Shown in pieces: positions 9,871 to 16,914 of a stretch of 32,502 bases of DNA. The notes under the pieces are model-generated. The model was not told the origin of the DNA. It saw nothing but the letters and a program-made list of their open reading frames with translations, and made no database searches. Origin of the DNA: Terriglobia bacterium (GTDB taxonomy: Bacteria; Acidobacteriota; Terriglobia; Terriglobales; Acidobacteriaceae); NCBI GenBank assembly GCA_041483535.1, contig JBGPFV010000001.1:1-32502 (forward strand), written 5' to 3'. The position numbers were made by a program, and so were the translations under genes. Every line of letters starts with the position of its first letter. Within the stretch, counting starts at the first letter, position 1.

Positions 9871-9933
9871 GAGACGGGGCTTGCCCCGTCTCACCTGCGC
9901 GGCAGGAGGCGCAGCAAGGCCCGGCTCTACGAG
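9871..9933. repeat. Bipartite palindromic REP-like element: perfect hairpin GAGACGGGGCTTGCCCCGTCTC plus a degenerate second unit
   Basis: 9871-9892 is a perfect 22-nt palindrome. 9901-9933 (GGCAGGAGGCGCAGCAAGGCCCGGCTCTACGAG) is a decayed copy of the unit seen intact at 25359-25382 and 29132-29153. Confidence 0.8.
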
Positions 9934-10030
9934 AAAAGTTGCTCGGTTTTGCAGATTCGCCTATCCAGATAACACTTTCAGCATTTATTCTGATCGTTCG
10001 GTTTTGCCAATTTGACCGTTCCCGTGGTCC

Positions 10031-11296
10031 GTGCGCATGAAATTCCTGAGAAGTTGGAAGTTCCGGATCCTGCTCTTTTTCGCCGTCGTAGGACCGGGCT
10101 TCATCACCGCGAATGTTGACAACGATGCCAACGGCATCTTGACGTATTCGCAGGCCGGGGCGCAGTTCGGCTACCTGCTCTTGTGGACGATGATCCCGAC
10201 TACGATCGCGCTGATCGTAGTGCAGGAAATGTGCGCCCGCATGGGAGCGGTCACGGGCAAGGGCCTGAGCGATCTGATCCGGGAAGAATACGGCCTGCGC
10301 ATCACGTTCCTCATGATGCTCGGCATTCTGATTACAAATTTCGGAAACGTCGTGGGCGAGTTTGTCGGCATTGCGGGAAGCATGGAGCTGTTCGGGGTCT
10401 CCAGATACTACTCGGTGCCGATTTGTGCGGTGATCGTTTGGTTGATTGCGGTCAAAGGGCAATACAAGAGCGTGGAGAAGGTCTTCCTGGCAGCCTCGTT
10501 TTTCTATATCACTTACATATTCGCCGGTGTTCTGGCCAAGCCCGCGTGGATTGAGGCGGTTAAGGCCACGATGAAGCCTCCCGGGATGGCGGCCTTCAAG
10601 CACGGACCGTATCTCTACATGGTCATTGGCGTTGTCGGAACTACGATCGCGCCCTGGATGCAGTTCTATTTGCAGTCGTCGATTGTGGAGAAAGGGGTCA
10701 CGCGGCGGCAGTACAAAACCTCGCGGCTCGACGTGATTGTGGGCTGTATCTTCACCGATGTGGTTGCCTGGTTCATCATCGTGGCCTGCGCGGCCACGCT
10801 CTACCTGCATGGGAATCGCGACATTCGCGACGCTGCCGACGCTGCCCAGTCGCTGCGTCCGCTGGCGGGCGACTGGGCGTACATCCTGTTTGCCCTAGGG
10901 CTTTTCAATGCGTCGCTGTTCGCGGCTTCGATTCTGCCGCTTTCGACGGCCTATACGGTCTGTGAAGGATTAGGTTTCGAGTCGGGAGTCGAACGCAAAT
11001 TTTCTGAAGCTCCCGCCTTTTACTGGCTCTATACCGCGCTCATTGTTGCCGGAGCGGCCGTGGTCCTGATCCCCAGGCTTCCGTATATAAAGATCGCGGT
11101 ATTTTCACAGGTGGTCAACGGCGCAGTCTTGCCCTTCGTATTGATCTTCATGTTGCTGCTCATCAACAAGAAGGAACTCATGGGCGAATACGCGAATAAA
11201 CCCATGTTCAACTTCATCGCCTGGGCCACCACCGTGATTATGATTGGGCTCACGGTGGTGTACGTGTACGGGCAGGTGCGTGGCGGAGCCGGGTAG
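10031..11296 (+). CDS. Nramp/SLC11-family transporter with NRMT-type (Nramp-related Mg2+ transporter) binding-site residues
   Basis: 421 aa with about 11 hydrophobic segments. TM1 is GPGFITANVDNDANGILTYSQAGAQFGY, where D-A-N-G replaces the canonical D-P-G-N. TM6 is GTTIAPWMQFYLQSS, which replaces G-A-x-x-M-P-H-N. An alternative start is ATG 10037. Confidence 0.8.
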   Translation: MRMKFLRSWKFRILLFFAVVGPGFITANVDNDANGILTYSQAGAQFGYLLLWTMIPTTIALIVVQEMCARMGAVTGKGLSDLIREEYGLRITFLMMLGILITNFGNVVGEFVGIAGSMELFGVSRYYSVPICAVIVWLIAVKGQYKSVEKVFLAASFFYITYIFAGVLAKPAWIEAVKATMKPPGMAAFKHGPYLYMVIGVVGTTIAPWMQFYLQSSIVEKGVTRRQYKTSRLDVIVGCIFTDVVAWFIIVACAATLYLHGNRDIRDAADAAQSLRPLAGDWAYILFALGLFNASLFAASILPLSTAYTVCEGLGFESGVERKFSEAPAFYWLYTALIVAGAAVVLIPRLPYIKIAVFSQVVNGAVLPFVLIFMLLLINKKELMGEYANKPMFNFIAWATTVIMIGLTVVYVYGQVRGGAG

Positions 11297-11308
11297 CTCA
11301 GGAGCATG

Positions 11309-11390
11309 AACCGCAGAGATCGCCGAGCGCGCCGAGGAATTCAGAAGAAAAACCTCATTGTTCCCTGCGTATTCAGCGACCTCCGCGGTT
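11309..11390. repeat. Imperfect inverted repeat element (AACCGCAGAGATCGC ... GCGACCTCCGCGGTT)
   Basis: Arms 11309-11323 and 11376-11390 are complementary at 13 of 15 positions. The element lies between the convergent stops of the Nramp-like gene and the NUDIX gene. Confidence 0.55.
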
Positions 11391-11404
11391 AGATGTTGTG
11401 GCGC

Positions 11405-11797
11405 TCAAAGGATTTTTCCTGCCGCCAGATCCTTTACCAGACCCAGGTCGGCTTCGAGGAAGTCCAGGCCCAGCAGTTCCTGCCGCGTCGCCCAGCGTAT
11501 TTCGCGAAAAATCCGGTTCTCAACTTCACCCTGGTAATTACGCACTTCGAAGAACCGGAGTTCCACGGACCCGCCGCCCGGGTATTCATGGAGGATGCGG
11601 GCGACCTCCGTGCCTACCTCCGCTACGATTCCCAGTTCTTCCTCCAACTCCCGGCGCATGGCATCGCGAGGCTGCTCACCTTCTTCGATCTTGCCTCCGG
11701 GAAACTCCCATTTGAGCGGCATAGGCTGGTGCCGCGTCCTCTGGCAGGCGAGGATGAGGTCATCTTTCAGAATCAGTGCGGCTACGACTCGTTTCAT
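11405..11797 (-). CDS. NUDIX hydrolase, MutT-like (8-oxo-dGTP diphosphatase family)
   Basis: 130 aa with a complete Nudix box: GGKIEEGEQPRDAMRRELEEELGI. Confidence 0.85.
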   Translation of the reverse strand: MKRVVAALILKDDLILACQRTRHQPMPLKWEFPGGKIEEGEQPRDAMRRELEEELGIVAEVGTEVARILHEYPGGGSVELRFFEVRNYQGEVENRIFREIRWATRQELLGLDFLEADLGLVKDLAAGKIL

Positions 11798-11816
11798 GGA
11801 CGAAAAAGCGCTTCTG

Positions 11817-11891
11817 GCTGCTAGCTTCTGGCTTCTAGCAAACAGTCTTTCGCGGAAGATTGCCAGCAGCTAGTAGCCAGGAGCTAGCAGC
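11817..11891. repeat. Imperfect inverted repeat / hairpin (GCTGCTAGCTTCTGGCTTCTAGC ... GCTAGTAGCCAGGAGCTAGCAGC)
   Basis: Arms 11817-11839 and 11869-11891 pair at 21 of 23 positions. The hairpin lies directly 3' of the GAF gene stop on the minus strand and is plausibly its terminator. Confidence 0.6.
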
Positions 11892-11905
11892 GGGCACAGT
11901 TCGGT

Positions 11906-12394
11906 TCAGGCACTTTCCAGCCGCTTCCCAACCAACTGCGCGCAATATTCGACGAGTTCGCGGTCCTCGACCGTGAATGCTGCCGGGAAATGACTGTCAA
12001 TATCGAGTTCGCCGCGAACCTGGCCGCGCACAAAGACGGGAACCACGATCTCGGACTTCGTTTCGAGCGAGCAGGCAAGATAGCGTGAATCACTGTTTAC
12101 GTCATCCACCACCACGGTCTTGCCCGATGATGCCGCCGCACCGCAGATACCCTGGTTCAGAGGAATGCGCGTGTGCGGAGTCATCGCTCCCCGATAGTGT
12201 CCCAATACCAGCATGGGCGGATTGGCTCCGGGTTCGAGCATGTAGAAGCCCACCCAGTTGTACTTCAGCATGTGTTGGTTCAGCAGAAGCGTGATGTCTT
12301 TCATCAATTGGTCCGCCGTGCGCGTTTCCGAATTCGAGCGGTCCACTTCTTTGCGCACTTCTTCGATGCCGTGAGGACTTGAACTGGTGGCCAT
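11906..12394 (-). CDS. GAF domain protein, free methionine-(R)-sulfoxide reductase (fRMsr/YebR)-like
   Basis: 162 aa. WVGFYMLE..., GICGAAASSGKTVVVDDV...YLACSLETKSEIVVPV resembles the YebR/fRMsr motif pattern (GxCG ... H/Y-x-AC ... SEIV(V/L)P). Confidence 0.75.
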   Translation of the reverse strand: MATSSSPHGIEEVRKEVDRSNSETRTADQLMKDITLLLNQHMLKYNWVGFYMLEPGANPPMLVLGHYRGAMTPHTRIPLNQGICGAAASSGKTVVVDDVNSDSRYLACSLETKSEIVVPVFVRGQVRGELDIDSHFPAAFTVEDRELVEYCAQLVGKRLESA

Positions 12395-12404
12395 AATGTT
12401 AATC

Positions 12405-13253
12405 CTAAACCATGCGGGCGCGGTTTATCTTCGCGGGTGGAAGAGAACGGAGTCCGGGCTGGGGGCCGAATACGGCAGGATGAATTGCACCGGCCAGGGC
12501 GCGCAATCCCGAAACTAGCGTAGGAGCGGGAGTGTTCAAAAGTTCATCGGAGATGCAATAGACCTGCGAATTCCGCACCGCCGTTGTATTCGACCAGCCT
12601 CTCTCCGCGGCGATCTTCGCCAGCGGCACGCGGTCGCCAGCACCGCACCAGGCAGCGATGATGACCTCCGGGTCCAGTCGAGCGATCTCTCCGGCGGAAC
12701 ACTGGGCCCCCGGCTTGCCCAGAAAGTCGCCACCCGCCGCCTCCACCAGTTCGGCTACCCAAGGCTGCGATGCAATGACGGGCTTGCCCCACTCCTCCGA
12801 GAACACGCGTTTTCTGGGAAGGCCAGCGGTCTGGCATCGCATGTCGTCGATAGCTGCTTGCATATCGGAAATCGCCTTCGCACCGCGCTCGCCAGCGCCG
12901 ACGCAGCCCGAGATCAACGCGATGTCGGAGTAGATGTCGTCGAGCGTGCGCGGAGCCAGGCCAAGAAAGCGAATGCCCGCCTTAAGGATTTCCACCACCG
13001 CAGTTTCCTGGTAAGGAACGGCCGCGATCACAAGGTCGGGCGCGGCGGCAAGAATCTCGCTGGCCTTCGAGTTCCAGGAGTCGGCAACGATCAATCGGTT
13101 GCCGCCTCGCGCCGCTGTTCGCAGCTCCGGAACCACATCCGCGCAATACTTTGTGCAGGCGACAACGCGATTTAGTTCGCCCACGCTGGCGAGAATCACG
13201 GTCGCGCTCGGTTGCAGGCAAGCAATGTGGCGAGGTGTGCGCAAGGCGGGCAT
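12405..13253 (-). CDS. Periplasmic-binding-protein type 2 (BtuF/FhuD-like) domain protein without a signal peptide
   Basis: 282 aa. IACLQPSATVILASVGE...PDLVIAAVPYQ...DPEVIIAAWCG is the cluster A-II SBP pattern. Only 8 residues precede the first beta-strand, and the ORF cannot extend further upstream. Confidence 0.65.
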   Translation of the reverse strand: MPALRTPRHIACLQPSATVILASVGELNRVVACTKYCADVVPELRTAARGGNRLIVADSWNSKASEILAAAPDLVIAAVPYQETAVVEILKAGIRFLGLAPRTLDDIYSDIALISGCVGAGERGAKAISDMQAAIDDMRCQTAGLPRKRVFSEEWGKPVIASQPWVAELVEAAGGDFLGKPGAQCSAGEIARLDPEVIIAAWCGAGDRVPLAKIAAERGWSNTTAVRNSQVYCISDELLNTPAPTLVSGLRALAGAIHPAVFGPQPGLRSLPPAKINRARMV

Positions 13254-13321
13254 GTCCTATTGTAGGGAGGGTTGGCAGGGAATGCGAAATTCTGCGGTCC
13301 CGGCGCATTACAATCGCCTTT

Positions 13322-13690
13322 GTGTATTCCGCCGAACTCCTGGACCACTTTCAGAACCCGCGAAACGCAGGTGAAATGGAAGCTCCTGACGCCACCGCGC
13401 GCTTGGAGAACCCCGCGTGCGGAGACATCCTGGAACTCAGCCTCCGATTAGAAAAGCCGAAATCGGAAGGGAATCGCGTTGTCGACATTCGCTTTCGCGC
13501 CAAGGGCTGCGTGCCAGCGATGGCCTGCGCATCGGCCCTCACGGAGTTGGTCCAAGGCAAAAGCATCGAGGAAGCTCGGCAAGTGAGCAGGGAAGAGTTG
13601 GTTCGCAAAGTCGGTGGCCTACCGCAAGCCTCCGCGCACGCCAGCCACCTGGCGATGGACACACTCGCCGCGCTCTTGCGGGGGCTCTGA
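13322..13690 (+). CDS. IscU/NifU N-terminal-like Fe-S scaffold homolog (atypical)
   Basis: From GTG 13322: (M)YSAELLDHFQNPRNAGEMEAPDATARLENPACGDILEL...FRAKGCVPAMACASALTELVQGKSIEEA...LPQASAHASHLAMDTL. The IscU motifs HFxNPRN, CGD and GC are present. The third ligand Cys (LPPVKIHC) reads A-H-A. Confidence 0.7.
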   Translation: MYSAELLDHFQNPRNAGEMEAPDATARLENPACGDILELSLRLEKPKSEGNRVVDIRFRAKGCVPAMACASALTELVQGKSIEEARQVSREELVRKVGGLPQASAHASHLAMDTLAALLRGL

Positions 13691-13851
13691 GTTGGGCCGT
13701 GCCCGCATGCTGCTGAAAGTCGTGTGCAGTTTGGACGAAGCGTTCGCAGCAGTCGGCATTGAATCTTCCCACTTCGAACCTTATAGAGTGACCGCGCGAT
13801 GGACACGCTCGCCGCGCTCTTGCGGGGTGCGCTATCTTTACGCCCCAGCGT

Positions 13852-15198
13852 TCACACCATGACTGGTCGCTGCGCCGCTGCCGGATCGACTCGTAGTGTG
13901 AGTCCATCGACTTGGCGCACGACGATGCGTTCTCCGGCGGGGATGGGGACGGAGGAGACGGCGTCCCACAGCTCGCCGTGCACGAAGACTTTTCCGGCGG
14001 GGGCTAGCGTGGTTTGCGCGATTCCGATTTCTCCGATCATTCCTTGTTCGCCGGTGACAATTTTGTTGCGGCGGGCGCGCACGGCGATGCTCATGAGAAA
14101 CGCCGTAATAAGTCCGAGCGGGATGCTGACGGCGAGCGCGGTCAGGGGGTGGACGCGCATCTCGGGGATGGGCGCGTCGACTAGAAACAGGCCGCCCATG
14201 GTCAGCAGAACAATGCCACCGGTGGTGAGCACGCCGTGGCTGGCGAACTTGGCTTCCGCCGCGAACAGCGCGAAGGCTCCGATGATCATGGCAATGGCCG
14301 CGAAGCGCACGGGCAGCAGGTTCAAGGCGAACGCCGCCAGAAGGATGAAGACCACGCCTACGGTTCCAGGAATGACCGCGCCGGGGTGGTTGAATTCGGC
14401 GTACAGCGCCATCGCGCCGATGGCCAGCAGGATGAACGCGACGTTGGGGTCCATGATGTAGGTGAGGATGCGCTGCTTGAGAGTCATCGGGTAGTCGCGC
14501 ACGGGTTCGTCGGCAAAGCTGAGCGTGACGGTCGTGCCGTTAAATCGTTTGAAACTCTTCCCGCTCAACTGGTGTAAGAGATCCTGCGAGTTCGGAGCGA
14601 TGTACTCGATCAGCTTTTTGTCGAGCGCTTCCTGGTCGGTAAAAGACTTCGACTCGCGCACGGCGCTCTCCGCCAGTTCGACGTTGCGACCGCGTTTGGC
14701 AACCACCGAGCGCATCAGGGCTGCGGCGTCGTTTTCCATTTTCTGCTTCATCACGTCGTCCATCTTGCCGCCGAGAATGACGGGGTGCGCCGCGCCGGTG
14801 TTGGTTCCTGGCGCCATGGCAGCAACGTCGGCGGATTCGAGGATGAAGAAGCCGGCGGATGCGGCTCGGCTGCCGCTGGGGGTCACGTAGATGATGACCG
14901 GCACCGGCGAGGCCACGATTTTTTCTATGATTTCGCGCGTGGAATCGACCAGTCCGCCGGGAGTGTTGATCTCGATCAGGAGGGCTTGGTCGTGGTTGGC
15001 GGCGGCCAAATCGAGGGCTCGGCCAATGTATTCGGCGGTGACGGGTTGGATGGCATCGTGGATTACGATCTTCAGGACGTCGGCGGAGCAGGGCACAGCA
15101 AGAAATGCAGAGACAAGAACGGCGAACCAAAAACGCGATGCGAGTTTGCCTCTGAGAACTGAGAGCTGAGAACCGAGAACTGGTTTGAACGGCTTCAT
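13852..15198 (-). CDS. NfeD-family membrane-bound ClpP-class serine protease (long NfeD)
   Basis: 448 aa. Signal/TM region, ClpP-like LLIEINTPGGLVDS...SGSRAASAGFFILESADVAAMAPGTNTGAAHPV, four or five central TM helices, and a C-terminal OB-fold tail (GKVFVHGELWDAVS...GERIVVRQVDGLTLRV). Confidence 0.85.
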   Translation of the reverse strand: MKPFKPVLGSQLSVLRGKLASRFWFAVLVSAFLAVPCSADVLKIVIHDAIQPVTAEYIGRALDLAAANHDQALLIEINTPGGLVDSTREIIEKIVASPVPVIIYVTPSGSRAASAGFFILESADVAAMAPGTNTGAAHPVILGGKMDDVMKQKMENDAAALMRSVVAKRGRNVELAESAVRESKSFTDQEALDKKLIEYIAPNSQDLLHQLSGKSFKRFNGTTVTLSFADEPVRDYPMTLKQRILTYIMDPNVAFILLAIGAMALYAEFNHPGAVIPGTVGVVFILLAAFALNLLPVRFAAIAMIIGAFALFAAEAKFASHGVLTTGGIVLLTMGGLFLVDAPIPEMRVHPLTALAVSIPLGLITAFLMSIAVRARRNKIVTGEQGMIGEIGIAQTTLAPAGKVFVHGELWDAVSSVPIPAGERIVVRQVDGLTLRVDPAAAQRPVMV

Positions 15199-16895
15199 GG
15201 CTGCGGCAGTGGCTGCGCTTTCTCCGCGAGCTTGGCTGCTAGGGTGCGCTTCAGGTCCTGGCCGGCTTGGTTGCCGGGCTCTAGTTGCAGCGCCCGACTA
15301 ATGTTCTGGGCGGCTGCTTCCATTCTATTTTCTCTCAAATCGAGGCGGGCAAGAATCAGGTAGGCCTCGGCCGACTCGCGAATGCGGAGGGAGGCCTCGG
15401 CCTGGGCACGGGCTTCGCGGGCGTCGCCGCCAGCGTCGTTGTTTTCGGCAAGAGCTGCGGCCAGGGCGGCGAGGGGCGCGGGGCTCGAGGGATCGACGGC
15501 GGCGGCGTGCCGGAATTCGGCCTCGGCTTCGGCGGCGAATCCGTGGGCCATGAGTTCTTTACCGAGTTCGAGGTGAAAGCGCGCGTGGGCGCGGGGATCG
15601 GATCGGGCAAAGCGGTCTTCCGCCCAGCCCCCCATTTGCGTGGTCATCTGGCGGAAGGCGTCTTCTTCATAGTTGGGCTTGATGCGCTCCAGGGGCGCCT
15701 TCGACGTTGCGCTGCTGGGCACAATGCCTCTACTGCCAGGCGCGGTTGCCGGAATGGTGGTCAGGGAGTCGAGCAAGGTTTTCGCTTCGGCGTCGTTCGG
15801 GCGACGATCGAGCGCGGTGTGCAGTTCGCGGACCGCGCCGGCGTGATCGCCCGTCTGGCTAAGAGCCACTCCTAAGTTGAAATGATAGTCGGCATCGCTC
15901 GGATCGTTCTGAATCGCTTTCTCGAAATAGTCGACCGCCCTTTTCTGGCCGCGACGGGCGGCGACTACTCCGAGGTTGTTATAAACCTCGGCCAGAGGCA
16001 GGCGGGCGGCGACGAAGGCAAAGGCGCTTTCGGATTTGGCGAAGTCCGAGTGCGCGTAGGCGGCGAGGCCGAAATAGAAATTTGCCTCGCGGGCCACCGC
16101 GCCTGACCTGGAACCGGTCGCTACAGAAGATTGCTGCACTTGGCCGAGAGCGGCGATCGCCGGTTCGTAAGCGCGCTCGGCGTAGTAAGTCTCGCCTAAT
16201 TTCAGCCAGGCTTGGGCATACTCCGGATTCAGGCGGACTGCTTCGCGATAGTGCCGCTCCTTTTCTTCCGCGGTAGTGGCCAGCATTCCATGGATGTAGT
16301 TTTCCAGCGCGTCCAGCCGCACGGGAGCGACGCTCGCGATGTACTTGTCTTTAGGAACAGAGAAATTGTTACGGATCAGGCGAAGCAGATCCCAGGCCAG
16401 TGCGGATTGCAGCGTGCCGAGATCGGCCAGAGGCGCGGATTCGGCGACGGCGGGCGAGAGTTTTTCGGCGCGCATGTCGAGCAACTGCGCGCTTGCAGTC
16501 AGGCGTGCGCCGTCGTACCGATAGGAGCCGAGGGCGACGTAATCGACATCCATCTGCTCGGCCAGGCGGTAGAGAGTGGCGCGTGAAGGGTGAACGCCGG
16601 CTGGAATGCCCTGGCGATCGTAGGCTCGGAGGCGCTCGTCACGGCTGGCCACATACAGAACCGGAGAATTGAGTTGCTGGTGGAAGGTTTCGGGAAAGGA
16701 TTCACCGAGCCATTCCAGGCCAGGCGTCGGCGAAGCATTTTCGAAGGGAATCACGACCATGGTGTGGCCGGCAACGGTGTGGCCGACAACCGCCTGGCCG
16801 GCGGCACTGCCTCCGGAGGCCGGAGGGTCCTGGGCGCGAATCGAAGGGGAGAAGAGCAGCGAAACCACAAAGACGAAAACAGCGGCGCGTTTCAC
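15195..16895 (-). CDS. Secreted tetratricopeptide-repeat (TPR) protein
   Basis: Multiple TPR units (AQAWLKLGETYYAERAYEPAIAAL; YNNLGVVAARRGQKRAVDYFEKAIQNDPSDADYHFNLGVAL; ...). GTG 16895 gives (M)KRAAVFVFVVSLLFSPSIRAQ, a clean signal peptide, and avoids overlap with ndh. The ORF-track start is 16955. The stop overlaps the nfeD start (ATGA). Confidence 0.8.
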   Translation of the reverse strand: MKRAAVFVFVVSLLFSPSIRAQDPPASGGSAAGQAVVGHTVAGHTMVVIPFENASPTPGLEWLGESFPETFHQQLNSPVLYVASRDERLRAYDRQGIPAGVHPSRATLYRLAEQMDVDYVALGSYRYDGARLTASAQLLDMRAEKLSPAVAESAPLADLGTLQSALAWDLLRLIRNNFSVPKDKYIASVAPVRLDALENYIHGMLATTAEEKERHYREAVRLNPEYAQAWLKLGETYYAERAYEPAIAALGQVQQSSVATGSRSGAVAREANFYFGLAAYAHSDFAKSESAFAFVAARLPLAEVYNNLGVVAARRGQKRAVDYFEKAIQNDPSDADYHFNLGVALSQTGDHAGAVRELHTALDRRPNDAEAKTLLDSLTTIPATAPGSRGIVPSSATSKAPLERIKPNYEEDAFRQMTTQMGGWAEDRFARSDPRAHARFHLELGKELMAHGFAAEAEAEFRHAAAVDPSSPAPLAALAAALAENNDAGGDAREARAQAEASLRIRESAEAYLILARLDLRENRMEAAAQNISRALQLEPGNQAGQDLKRTLAAKLAEKAQPLPQP

Positions 16896-16914
16896 GACAA
16901 GTCGATTATATCGG

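Noticed and set aside
9853-10030. Possible Mg2+ (M-box) or Mn2+ riboswitch in the 178-nt leader of the Nramp-like gene
   Set aside because: I could not recognise M-box or yybP-ykoY conserved cores by eye. Most of the spacer is taken up by the REP-like palindromes. A covariance-model scan would be needed to exclude a riboswitch formally.
9809-10810. 333-aa minus-strand ORF antisense to the Nramp-like gene
   Set aside because: It has shadow-ORF composition (His/Arg/Asp/Pro-rich, no hydrophobic core). The plus-strand frame encodes a recognisable Nramp fold.
13799-14461. 220-aa plus-strand ORF beginning MDTLAALLRG
   Set aside because: It starts inside the duplicated 32-nt IscU-tail repeat and then runs antisense to nfeD with Ala/Ser/Thr/Pro/Met low-complexity content. 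It is a shadow ORF.
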